32,000 nt of DNA from an uncultured archaeon (lineage in GTDB: Archaea > Iainarchaeota > Iainarchaeia > Iainarchaeales > JAAZKV01): positions 30,001-62,000 of the forward strand of contig CAZKBG010000001.1 of assembly GCA_964551375.1 (NCBI GenBank), in the 5' to 3' direction. The notes below the pieces were generated by a model. The model was not told where the DNA came from, did not search any database, and was given only the letters and a program-made list of their open reading frames with translations. This document shows positions 1 to 10,500 of the stretch, one piece after another. How positions within the stretch are numbered: the stretch's first letter is position 1; each line of letters begins with the position of its first letter. The translations under genes were made by a program, and so were the position numbers.

Positions 1-119
1 ATTTTCGCTTTCTTCTTAAGTATTTTGCATCCTTTTGACTTATTGTCTGTTTTTACGGGGGTGGCATAGATTTATATATAACCTCTGTAGGAATTACTTA
101 AATAACGAATTAACGTTAT

Positions 120-1589
120 GTGGTGAATTATATGTTGTTACCGTGGTTAACATTGTTTGACTTTAGAAGTGCTCTAACAAACTTCATAAAGCCAAATAAA
201 ATCAACTATTCTGAAAAGAGCGATGACTTCGCAATACTTGTGCCTATTTTCAATGACACTAAGTACCTTACAAATATTGATTTCTTAAAGCGCTATCCTG
301 GGAAAGTAGTAATTTGCACTACTGATGTTGAAACTGACAAGTTTTACGCTGATTTGGATAAAATTGTTAAAAAGTATAATTTTAGTGTAATGAAATGTCC
401 TTTTTCTAAGGAAACTGTGAAAAATCCTTGGAAAATCTATCAAAAGACGCTTTTGGCCCATGATTATGTTCTTGGGGAGGCACTTGAGACGCTTAAAGCA
501 AAATATGTTATATTTGTTGATGCGGACACAACTTGCAAAACTGATTTAGCTTGTCTTGCGGGCTTAATGGAGAATAAAGATCTTGATTTAGCGTCATTAA
601 AAGTTATTCCGTCAAAAAAGAAGACAATAATGGAAAATTTGCAGTTTATCGAATATAATATTGCAATGAAGTCAAGGAAAATCTACCCTTGGTTAACAAG
701 CGGGGCTGCAATGATTGCAAAGAGAAAAATGATACAGGGCATAATGAAAAAGCACTCTTTATTCTTTAATGGGGGCGACATTGAAATAGGGAAACTTGCG
801 CACATGCATAATTACAAAATAGATTATATCCCTGTGACTTTTTACACTGATGTTCCGGATACACTTCCAAAACTTGTTAAACAGAGATATTCGTGGTTTT
901 GTGGTGCGTTTAGGCATTGTATCATAAATGCTCACACAAATTTGTTTAACCCAATATATTCGTTGTATTTCACAGTGATTATATTTATCATGCTTCCGTT
1001 GAAAGTGCACGAGCTTATATTTAATTGGTATCTTTTGCCGCCGCTTGTGATATTTTATCTTGTTATGACAGTGGTTACAAATTGGGAGCTTAGAAGTAAA
1101 TATATGCTTTTGTTCCCATTTTATTCCCTGTTCCAGGTAATTGTATTTCCGTTCCTTGGGGTTTACAGGTATGTGAAGACAGTCATTAAGACAAAGAATG
1201 TTGGGTTCATTAGAAAGAAATACAAAGACGGGTATCACCCATTGAGGTATGCTTTCAACATATTTGCAATACTTGTAATAGGCTTTACAATATTCAATAT
1301 TCATTTTGTTGAAAGAAGTTTATATCTTGTAAACATTGATCTTTTGGCTCTTATTGGGGTAAGCTTTAAGGATCCTTCGGCAATATCGATGTTTTTTAAC
1401 TCTTCAAAAATGTTTGTGGTAGTTACAATAGCATTTTTGGGGGTGTGGGGATTCTTGAAGACATTCTTCCATATAAAGGAATTTCATTTGCCAAAAATCA
1501 AAATACATTATTCAAAGTTTTCAAATGAAGTGAATAAGTTCTCAAATGAGGTATCAAAATCAGTATCTTATTTGTTTAGTGTGAGGTGA
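120..1589 (+). CDS. Membrane GT2 family processive glycosyltransferase (hyaluronan/cellulose/chitin synthase-like)
   Basis: 489-aa ORF with GT2 elements: 'FAILVPIFNDTKYL', 'VDADTTC' (DxD region), 'NGGDIEIG', and 'KQRYSWFCGAFRH' (variant Q(Q/R)xRW). Several C-terminal TM segments. Start may be GTG 120 or ATG 132. Confidence 0.85.
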   Translation: MVNYMLLPWLTLFDFRSALTNFIKPNKINYSEKSDDFAILVPIFNDTKYLTNIDFLKRYPGKVVICTTDVETDKFYADLDKIVKKYNFSVMKCPFSKETVKNPWKIYQKTLLAHDYVLGEALETLKAKYVIFVDADTTCKTDLACLAGLMENKDLDLASLKVIPSKKKTIMENLQFIEYNIAMKSRKIYPWLTSGAAMIAKRKMIQGIMKKHSLFFNGGDIEIGKLAHMHNYKIDYIPVTFYTDVPDTLPKLVKQRYSWFCGAFRHCIINAHTNLFNPIYSLYFTVIIFIMLPLKVHELIFNWYLLPPLVIFYLVMTVVTNWELRSKYMLLFPFYSLFQVIVFPFLGVYRYVKTVIKTKNVGFIRKKYKDGYHPLRYAFNIFAILVIGFTIFNIHFVERSLYLVNIDLLALIGVSFKDPSAISMFFNSSKMFVVVTIAFLGVWGFLKTFFHIKEFHLPKIKIHYSKFSNEVNKFSNEVSKSVSYLFSVR

Positions 1590-1595
1590 AAGAGT

Positions 1596-2576
1596 ATGGG
1601 TAAAATATTAGTAGCAGGATTTGGGTTCGTAGGAAGAGCCTATTCAAAATGGCTGAGATATATTGGAAATGATGTAAACGTGTACGCAAAACCGGAGGAT
1701 TATCCAAACATGGAGAAATTCGGGTTTGTACTGCCAAGCAAGAAAGAAAAATATGATGCAGCCGTAATATGCCTCCCTACTCCAACAACAGATGGATACT
1801 GCGACACTTCAATAGTTGAAAGCGTAATGGCTGATTTGAACAAGAACTACAAGATAGCGCAGTTTGTAATCAAATCAACTGTTCCAATTGGAACAACAAG
1901 AAAGATGGAAAATGCACTTGGTAAAAGAGTGCTATTCTATCCAGAGTTCTTAGAAGCAAAGAACCCTCTTGGAGGAGTATCAAACCAAAAGATAATCGCA
2001 TTCGGTTCGACAAAAACATTCTCAGAGAAAGAAAGAGCAAAACTGCTTGAACTGTTCTTCGGAGGAGCCGACAAGCCAAGCGCGCCAGCAGAATTTGTAA
2101 GCGCAGAAACAGCAGAATCACTAAAATACATACACAACTTGTGGCTAGCGACAAACATATCCTTTTGGAATGCAATGGTGAACAACTCCCAAATAAAAGA
2201 CACAGGGGTGGATACAAGCAAAGTGCTAAAACTAATACACAGAAGCGAGTACTTTGGAACACATCCTTGGGCAGTTGGAAAAGCATATGGGGGAGCATGC
2301 TTGCCAAAAGACATAGGCGCTTTCATTGGGTCCTCAAAACCTGAAGACGGGGTGTTTATGGACTTCTTAAAAATGGTTGACCTAGTAAACGACACAGTAA
2401 AAGGCGAAAAGAAAGACGAAAAAATACAAATAATCACGGCAAAAGCGGTTGCAGGAAAAAAAGTAATCAACCACTTCAACATAAGAAAGCCGATGTTCCA
2501 GCCTTTTAGGGGAAACGTTCTAATGGCAACGCAAAAGAAAAGTGAAAATACAATTGAATGCCTAAAGCTGAACTAG
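1596..2576 (+). CDS. UDP-glucose/GDP-mannose dehydrogenase family protein, short form lacking the usual C-terminal domain
   Basis: 326 aa. N-terminal Rossmann 'ILVAGFGFVGRAYSKWL', 'VIKSTVPIGTT', and catalytic-Cys motif 'YGGACLPKDIGAF'. Starts 6 nt after the GT2 gene stops. Confidence 0.88.
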   Translation: MGKILVAGFGFVGRAYSKWLRYIGNDVNVYAKPEDYPNMEKFGFVLPSKKEKYDAAVICLPTPTTDGYCDTSIVESVMADLNKNYKIAQFVIKSTVPIGTTRKMENALGKRVLFYPEFLEAKNPLGGVSNQKIIAFGSTKTFSEKERAKLLELFFGGADKPSAPAEFVSAETAESLKYIHNLWLATNISFWNAMVNNSQIKDTGVDTSKVLKLIHRSEYFGTHPWAVGKAYGGACLPKDIGAFIGSSKPEDGVFMDFLKMVDLVNDTVKGEKKDEKIQIITAKAVAGKKVINHFNIRKPMFQPFRGNVLMATQKKSENTIECLKLN

Positions 2577-2587
2577 CTTTAGGATTC

Positions 2588-2620
2588 ATTTCTTTTTTTT
2601 ATTAAAACTTTTTGTGCTGC
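2588..2620 (+). terminator. Poly-T 3' end of the GT2/dehydrogenase pair
   Basis: 'ttctttttttttattaaaactttttg' just after the stop at 2576, typical of archaeal U-tract termination. Confidence 0.45.
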
Positions 2621-2648
2621 AACATTTTAGTGTTAATTAATTGCTAAC

Positions 2649-2963
2649 TTATTTTTTTATGTGATAAGTAGTCTTAATGCACTTGTCTTTTGCTTTTACT
2701 ATTATTGGCTCTGTGATTCCTTTTTGCTTGAGAGGATTGTATTCAGTCCTCAATTGGAGGATGGATAGTTGTTTTCCTATTGTGAAAACGCTTTTTCCTG
2801 TGACGTCGCTGAGTTCGCAAAGGGTTAAAGGCTTTTTTTCAAGTGCTTGGACGATTTGTTTTTGAAGCGGGGAGAGTTTTGAAAGGATTTTTTTATCGCA
2901 GGCAGAAACAGGTGAGGGGAAGGATTCGTTTTTCGTAATGTTGTGCTCCTCATTTTTAGGCAT
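2649..2963 (-). CDS. Small winged-helix/HTH DNA-binding protein, putative regulator
   Basis: 'LSKLSPLQKQIVQALEKKPLTLCELSDVTGKSVFTIGKQLSILQ' reads like a wHTH with a recognition helix. 104 aa. Confidence 0.6.
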   Translation of the reverse strand: MPKNEEHNITKNESFPSPVSACDKKILSKLSPLQKQIVQALEKKPLTLCELSDVTGKSVFTIGKQLSILQLRTEYNPLKQKGITEPIIVKAKDKCIKTTYHIKK

Positions 2964-3214
2964 TAGTTAAACCCCTAATATTTAACTTTCTAAGATTAAT
3001 TAGTTATACAACTGTTTTTAATCATTTCTGAAAGTGAATTGCAAAAATTTTCATAGAACTCTCAAAAGTTAATTTGTAAAATCAATCCTTGACTAAAAGA
3101 GAACGTATATATTGAAGTTCTGTGGTAAGTTATGCAAATCACTTGAGTTAACTCTTTTTTTGCCTTACATAGAGAGCGTGGCGGTGGTTTAAGTGTATAC
3201 AGAGAGGTGTATCG

Positions 3215-6200
3215 ATGGGCGATTGTAAAGGAGAGTGTGGATGTGACAGGTCTGACATTTTGGGGGCAAGGAAATTTTTAATTCCGTTTGCCATAGTTTT
3301 AGTATTATTAATGGCCGTGACGGCGTTTGCGGTGCCTTTAGAGGCGCTAGGCGCATCTGTTGGGCCGGACAACGTTACAGTAACAATAAGTCCAGGAGTA
3401 ACTAATTGTGATACTCTTGGAAAGGAATTTACGGTAACGGTAAAAAATGAATTAACAAATGTTCATGGAGTGTATGAAGTAAGAGTGTATAGAAGCGATA
3501 CGGGAATTGACGCAAATAGTTTTGTTTGCGGCTCTGCGCCAGTTGGATGGACTCTTTCTGATTATGCTGGGGGAGACCCTAATTTAGAAGATTATGGTTA
3601 TTGTGAATACAAAACCAGAATGACAGGCGCGTATGTAATAACGCCTGGAACAAGCCTTGACTTTAAGTTCAAAGCAACAATGATTAAAAGCGATGCTTGT
3701 GAAAGTGTTTTCACTATTTCTTCGCTTGACAACGGACAGCCAATAGGAGACCACGAGTGGGACAACCCTCAAGTACTCATTGACTGCACTCAACCAGTTG
3801 TTGACAAGAAACTAGGAACTCCATACTTCAATTTGGATGGAGACGATTACATAACTCAAAACACAATGATAGCAGTAACATCAAGCGACATGGAAAAATG
3901 CGACCTTGGCGTAAACAACTGCACAGTATATTACACAGTTAACGGAGTAGAGCAGAAGCCAATGGTAAAAGAAGGCGAGGAAGCTCTTGCATTTGAGTTC
4001 AACTTTGAACAGGACTCAAGACACGATGTTAACTTAGTATGTGTTGATAACGCAGGAAACTCGACAACAATAAAAGAAACTGATTTTGTTGAAACAGTTC
4101 CTCCAGAAACAACAAAAACATACGGAAAGCCGTTCTACGAAGTTGACGGAACATTGCACTATATTACAAGCGCAACTCCAATAGATTTCAACGCGGTTGA
4201 TCCAAGCCCTCACCCAAGCGGAGTGAAGGATTTGAATTATAGAGTTACTCTAATTGATGACAGCGTATGCTTCAGAGGATGCACGGATGTTGAAGGAAAA
4301 GGGGATTGGATAACTACAACTCCTAATACTACAATCACCATCGCTGAACAATCATGCCATCTAATAGAGTTCCAGTCAGTTGATAATCTTGGAAACTTGG
4401 AAAACCTAAAACACCAGTGCGTGTTTGTTGATAACACAGATCCATTATTAACAAAAGAAATTGGAACACCAAGCATAATCGGGGCAGATGTTAATTGGGT
4501 AAGACAAGACACACCAATAACACTGACTTGCGAAGACCAGCAGCCACACCCAAGCGGGGATGTAACAATAAGCTGGCAGATAACGCTTGACGGAAACTTA
4601 GGCGAAGTACAGAGCGTTAATGACAATACAACAACAATTTACTTCCCAGAAGACTCAGTACATGTGCTTGACGCATGGTGCACTGATGCAGTAGGAAATG
4701 AATCAGCACACGATGTGCAGCTATTCAAAGTAGATTCAACTCCTCCAGAACTAACAAAAACAATGCTAGGGACAGAAGATGTTGATTACGTTGGAGACTG
4801 CCCTCCAGAAAGCCCTGAAGATATCTGCTTTGTAGCTGATAATGGAAGAGGCGGAGTGAACGCAATAGTAAGCGACCCTGATCCAACAGGATACGGATGC
4901 AACGTTGACAGCTCAACATGTGCATACGAAGTTTGGTGGACAGCTACAGTTCAACAATGTAAAGATGCTGAAGGACAAGGTTATAACGATGTAAATGGCG
5001 AATGCCTGCTAGATGTTGGAAGATTCGATGAAAACGGAACAAATATCCTATTCAGAAAAGATTCCACACATAGACTTGTTATAAACTGTAAAGATGCTTT
5101 AGGAAACGAAATGACAACGGATGTTGAAGTATTCAAAGTAGATTCAACACCTCCAGTAACAACAAAAACATACGGTACTCCAACAGTAGTAAAGGGAGAT
5201 TACCGCTGGATAACAACAGACACAAACATTACTCTAGAAGCAACTGACAACAAAGTAGGAGTGGATGAAACATTCTACCTTGTTACACAAATGCAATTGT
5301 CAGAAGAAGAGTGCTCACAAGTGTGCTCTGATAGAGAAGTATTCAGTGTTTTAGATGTGGAAGTTCCAGAATTCATGGAATACGAAGGACCATTCACAAT
5401 CGCTGAAGATTCTTGCCACAAAATACAATACTACTCAGTAGACAAATTAGGAAATACAGAGAGAGTAAAAGAACAGTGCGTATTTGTTGATACTGCGGCT
5501 CCAGAAGTTGTAAAAACTATTGGGGATCCAAAAGTGATTGACGGCGAACTAACTTTCATCTCACAACAAACTCCAATAACTCTAACCTGCACGGATGTAA
5601 AACCACACCCAGTTGGGGACGTGAATTTAATGTACAGGTACAGAGTAAGCACTGACTGCCAGGATTGGAATGCATGGTCATCATGGATTGATCCACCGGT
5701 AGGACAGGGAGAAAAGACAATATACTTCGAAGAAGATTCCTGCCACCAGCTTGAATACACATGCTCGGACGGATTAGGAAACGCTACTGAAGTAGAATCA
5801 GAAATAGATATTGTAGACACACAAGCTCCAGAAATTGACATAAACGTAGTTGGACCACAAATCGAACAGGCATGCCCTGGCGATATGGACGGCAACTGCT
5901 TGTACATAGATGGAGTGACAAAATTAGTGGTAACTGCAGTTGATCCGCAGCCTCATCCAGTGAACGGCGTAACCTGTGATTGGGATTACAAAGTAAGCGA
6001 AGGAGAGAAGACAGGACAAGGTGCAGAAGGAGTAACACCACCATTTGAAATCAACTTCCCAGAACAGTCAATGCACTCACTAAAAGTAGTGTGCAGAGAT
6101 GCTTTAGGAAATGACAATGGATTAGTAACAGAATACATTGTAGACAAAACTCCTCCAGTAATAAAGAAGAAATATTTGGGACCATACTTCTCAGACAATA

Positions 6201-7498
6201 ATGGAGTAGAATGGATTAATTCCCTAACAGAAATAGAAATAACAGCGGAGGATCCATTACCGCACCCATCAGGACTGAAATCACTTGAATACAGAATCAG
6301 TCTTGTAGCGGACAACTACTGCACAAGCCAGGAAATATGCCAGGACGCAGTTGGAAGCGGAGAATGGAATGATGTGGAAGGAAACGTAAATGTAGGTGAA
6401 CAGTCCTGCCACTTAATAGAAATAAAGGCAACAGACAATGTTGAAAAGACAGCAACACACAAACAATGTGTGTATGTTGATAACACACCTCCAACACCAG
6501 TAAAGACAGTTGGAACACCTCACACAAAGTGGACACCAGGACAAAACGGACAGCCAGGAAGTATCTTCTATCCATGGATAAATGATGCATGCTGGGCTGA
6601 TGTGAACGGAATAGACTGCTGGAAAGTTCCACTATACACGCCAATATCACTACAGTGCAATGATCCACTACCTCATCCAGTGAACAATTCAAAAGTATGT
6701 TTCAACGTGGAGTGGGATGCAACAGACATAACACAGAAGTATTGTAGAGGCATGGAAGGAGAGATAGGAGAAGATGGTTACTGCTGCCTATCAAACACAA
6801 CAGATAACTTCTACTTCGGAGAAGAAACAGAGCATAACCTGAAGTTCTACTGCGCAGATGCATTAGGAAACAAGGGGCTTGTTGACGATGAGAAGTTCAA
6901 GGTAGAAGGAACACCATTTGAGATAGAATTAAACAAGAAATGGAATCTAATCTCAGTTCCATTCGTATTGCTAGACAGCAATATAACAACAGTTCTAGAG
7001 AGCGACAGCGAAAACATTGCGGGAGTATGGACATACGACGCTATCACAAACCAGTGGTACGTATATAACCCATCAAGCCCAAGCACAAGCAACTTAGATA
7101 CAATGGAGCCGGGAAACGGTTACTGGGTAGCTGCATATAATCCAAGTGTATTGGAAATAGCAGGTAGTTTATTCAGCCCAATAACAACACCTCCTGATAA
7201 AGCTCTCAAAGCTGGGTGGAACCTAATAGGTTACTATGGCACAGACGGACAGTCAGTATATGACGGCCCAGATCACGCCGGAAGACCAGCAAGCTGCGTG
7301 CTATACTCGCTAGGAGAAACTCTACTAGATAAAGGATGGACAGCGCTACTCGGATACTGGGAGCCAAACAATCCAAATGCATGGGAAGAATATAGCTACC
7401 CAAGCAGAATGGATCCAGGCGCAGGATACTGGGTTAACGCAACAGAAGACAGCACATATAGCTATTCAACAGTTTGCGGCGGATTCTTTCTTAATTAA
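3215..7498 (+). CDS. Very large exported modular surface protein (about 9 Ig-like 'DxTPPxxxKT..PHPSG' repeats plus C-terminal tandem WNLI/GYW module)
   Basis: 1427 aa. Hydrophobic signal 'FLIPFAIVLVLLMAVTAFAVP'. Repeated 'VDSTPPVTTKTYGTPTVVKGDYRWITTDTNITL' units with 'PHPSG/PHPVG' and paired Cys. C-terminus 'KKWNLISVPF...GNGYWV...GWNLIGYYG...GAGYWV'. Confidence 0.85.
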   Translation: MGDCKGECGCDRSDILGARKFLIPFAIVLVLLMAVTAFAVPLEALGASVGPDNVTVTISPGVTNCDTLGKEFTVTVKNELTNVHGVYEVRVYRSDTGIDANSFVCGSAPVGWTLSDYAGGDPNLEDYGYCEYKTRMTGAYVITPGTSLDFKFKATMIKSDACESVFTISSLDNGQPIGDHEWDNPQVLIDCTQPVVDKKLGTPYFNLDGDDYITQNTMIAVTSSDMEKCDLGVNNCTVYYTVNGVEQKPMVKEGEEALAFEFNFEQDSRHDVNLVCVDNAGNSTTIKETDFVETVPPETTKTYGKPFYEVDGTLHYITSATPIDFNAVDPSPHPSGVKDLNYRVTLIDDSVCFRGCTDVEGKGDWITTTPNTTITIAEQSCHLIEFQSVDNLGNLENLKHQCVFVDNTDPLLTKEIGTPSIIGADVNWVRQDTPITLTCEDQQPHPSGDVTISWQITLDGNLGEVQSVNDNTTTIYFPEDSVHVLDAWCTDAVGNESAHDVQLFKVDSTPPELTKTMLGTEDVDYVGDCPPESPEDICFVADNGRGGVNAIVSDPDPTGYGCNVDSSTCAYEVWWTATVQQCKDAEGQGYNDVNGECLLDVGRFDENGTNILFRKDSTHRLVINCKDALGNEMTTDVEVFKVDSTPPVTTKTYGTPTVVKGDYRWITTDTNITLEATDNKVGVDETFYLVTQMQLSEEECSQVCSDREVFSVLDVEVPEFMEYEGPFTIAEDSCHKIQYYSVDKLGNTERVKEQCVFVDTAAPEVVKTIGDPKVIDGELTFISQQTPITLTCTDVKPHPVGDVNLMYRYRVSTDCQDWNAWSSWIDPPVGQGEKTIYFEEDSCHQLEYTCSDGLGNATEVESEIDIVDTQAPEIDINVVGPQIEQACPGDMDGNCLYIDGVTKLVVTAVDPQPHPVNGVTCDWDYKVSEGEKTGQGAEGVTPPFEINFPEQSMHSLKVVCRDALGNDNGLVTEYIVDKTPPVIKKKYLGPYFSDNNGVEWINSLTEIEITAEDPLPHPSGLKSLEYRISLVADNYCTSQEICQDAVGSGEWNDVEGNVNVGEQSCHLIEIKATDNVEKTATHKQCVYVDNTPPTPVKTVGTPHTKWTPGQNGQPGSIFYPWINDACWADVNGIDCWKVPLYTPISLQCNDPLPHPVNNSKVCFNVEWDATDITQKYCRGMEGEIGEDGYCCLSNTTDNFYFGEETEHNLKFYCADALGNKGLVDDEKFKVEGTPFEIELNKKWNLISVPFVLLDSNITTVLESDSENIAGVWTYDAITNQWYVYNPSSPSTSNLDTMEPGNGYWVAAYNPSVLEIAGSLFSPITTPPDKALKAGWNLIGYYGTDGQSVYDGPDHAGRPASCVLYSLGETLLDKGWTALLGYWEPNNPNAWEEYSYPSRMDPGAGYWVNATEDSTYSYSTVCGGFFLN
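6510..7480 (+). repeat. Copy 1 of the duplicated C-terminal module
   Basis: Nucleotide and protein similarity to 12039-13000, e.g. shared 'gatgtgaacggaatagactg' and 'aattcaaaagtatgtttcaacgtggagtgggatgc' (second copy 'aactcaaaag...'). Confidence 0.85.
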
Positions 7499-7525
7499 GA
7501 ATCCGTCCTTTAATTTTTTTAGGGG

Positions 7526-10500
7526 ATGAAGAACTTGAATGAAAATTTCAACAAGAAAGTGAACCTAAAAAAATTAAGAACAGTAATGATTATTGGAATG
7601 GTATTGGCAATCTCAATGATTGCCATTGCCTGTCCAACAACAACACTAACAACAACTCCAATAAATCCTAATTCTTACGGGTGGTTTAACCCAATAGTAA
7701 AAGTTTCTATTAATCTTTCACCAGGAAGCGTTCCTGGAATTATAAAATACACTTATGATTTAAACAAAAAAAGAACTCCTTACCCTGATTTGAATTGGCT
7801 GGGAGACACTAACTATCTTCACGGAATAAAAACAATCAGATACGCTGCTGTGGGAAAAGACGGAAGCAAAGAACCTGAAAAAACTTACACTGTGCAGGTT
7901 GATAGCATTGCCCCTGAAACTTTAGGATTCTCGCTTGACACCACAAATGGAGTAATTTACAATCCAGGCGCAAGAGCATTTGATATTAATTATGGGATAG
8001 TAAAAGTAAGGATAATATCAGGGGACAATACCTCTGGACTAAGCACCTGTCAATTAAATTTTGATTATAACGCGCTCAACCCGACAGCAGGGTGGGATGC
8101 TCCAACTCCAAACGTTGATTTAACTTATGGACACTTGCACTATTATGACACTAACGGGATAAAAGTAATTGTAATTAAATGCACTGATAAGGGACTTAAT
8201 ACTAGCACGCCAGCACTATCTCCATTTACATTTAGAGTAATTAATCCATATGATCGGACTCCTCCAATTTCAACACTAATAATAGATACTAACTCAACAA
8301 GCACGGAAGAATGTTATAATGACAAAGTGCTTGTTTCAATAATAGCTGAAGACCCGCAAAGCGGAGTGGCAGCAATAAAATACTGTATTGATACAAATGA
8401 CACTTGCGTTCCAAATATTAATTACACAACCCAGTTGCTTTTTACTGATGGAAAGAAATACTTGCGGTACAGGGCAATAAACCTGCACGGCGTGGAAGAA
8501 AACATAAACAGCGAAATGATTAACATTGATAAGAATGGATGCGGAAGAGAATGCGAACCCCACACAATAGGGTACTGGAAACAACCATGTAAAGGACACT
8601 ACGAACATGAAACACAAGCATCAATGCTTGGATACCTTGCGGAAATACAAGCGACAAGCGATTACTTTGACTTTATTTCAAGCTTTAATGGAATGTGCGA
8701 TATATTAGACCCTGATGAGCCCGCAACTATGAAGCAAAGGGCAAAACAACAATTTCTTGCACTTTGGCTGAACGTGGTGACAGACAAACTTTTCACTTAC
8801 ACTACAATAAGCCTCCCCGCATACACTGATGCGAACACAGTGGGCGGAGCAATAACAGTTATACAAAATAATATTAGCTCAAATTCCGAAAAAGCAAAAA
8901 CAATTGCTGACAAGTTAAACAATGGAATTGGAATTGTGGATTGTCAGCCCTCAAAACCGCTAAAGATAATTGCACAAAAAATTGTTTGCGAAAATGAAGC
9001 TGACTTGCCAAACTGGGGACTTGGTGGACCAAATATTACTGCCCTAACAGCGATGAGCTTTGTTGCAACCCACCCAGGATGCAAATTTGATTCTAACTGG
9101 TACTTCCAATGGGCAAAATCAGGCACCTCAAATCCTGGAAGCAACACAGGAGAAGCAGCACCAAACACAGGGTGGAAAACATTTGGACCAACCAATGCTC
9201 AGGGAGAGGTAAATATACTAATATCTGATTTTAACAAAACAAACAAAATTTGGGTAAGAGAAGTATTCAAACAAGGATACGTTTCGTTTACTTATGACAC
9301 AAACGGAAACTCAAATAATGTAAGCGCGGAAATTTACTGCTACAAGGATGTATTTAACTATGATAACTATGACAGTATTGGGGCTCCTCAATTAGGAAGG
9401 ACTTATTACTGTGTGGCATGGAATGCTATAAAAAAATATGAATGCACAAGCGACGCAAATTGCAGTGATGGAGTATATTGTAACGGAGCGGAGAAATGCA
9501 ATCTCCAAAATCACAAATGTGAAAAAGGAATACTTATTGATTGCAATTCATTAAACGATCAGTGCAATAGCGGAGTGTGCGATGAGAATGTTGATAAGTG
9601 CATAGCTAATCCTGTGCCAAATGGAACTACTTGTAATGATAATTTATTCTGCAATACTGGTGAAGTGTGCAATAATGGAAAATGTGGAAATGGGGGAGTA
9701 AGGGATTGCAGTGATTACAATATACTTGGAATATCAACTTGTCTTTGGGACCCTGATGGTTTAGATTATACTTGGGATTTTAGAAGTTCCTTTACAAGCA
9801 TTTGCAATGAAGAACTTGACAAGTGCGCTGTTGGCGATTACAACATAACACACATTGTTGATGAAAAGTGCGCTGAATGCCTTGGAGATTCTGACTGCCC
9901 TCAGCCGGAAAATGCATGCATGGAAAACAGATGCCAAAACTACAAATGCGCACTAACTCCAAAACCATCAACTACTTCGTGCAATAACGGGGCTTATTGT
10001 GACGGGGCTGATAGGTGTGATGGAAACGGAATGTGCCTTGCAACTGGGTCTAGCGTCGACTGCAGCGGGCTTGATGATCAGTGCAATAGCGGAGTGTGCG
10101 ATGAGAATGTTGATAAGTGCATAGCTAATCCTGTGCCAAATGGAACTACTTGTAATGATAATTTGTTTTGCAATGTTGGTGAAGTGTGCGATAATGGAAA
10201 ATGTGAAAGCGGACAGGCAAGAGATTGTAGCGACAATAATATACTTGGGATATCTTCATGTTTTTGGAATCCTGATGGTTTAGATTATACTTGGGATTTT
10301 AGAAATCCTTTCACAAGTATTTGTGATGAAGGGAATGATAAGTGTACAACTGGGGACTTAAACATTAATCACACAATTGATCCAAAATGCACTAAATGCA
10401 TGACGGACTCGGACTGCCCAGCGCTTGAAAATTCATGCATGGAAAATAGATGCATAGAATACAAATGCGTTGAAACACCAAAACCATCTCAAACAACATG

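Noticed and set aside
1596-2576. Short UDP-glucose dehydrogenase as a frameshifted pseudogene
   Set aside because: Downstream of the stop is only a poly-T tract and then an opposite-strand gene; no remnant of the C-terminal domain was seen in any listed frame.
3584-7403. Many minus-strand ORFs (65-158 aa) opposite the 1427-aa gene
   Set aside because: They are antisense shadows of a repetitive coding sequence, Cys/Ser/Leu-rich, overlapping each other and entirely contained in a strong sense CDS.
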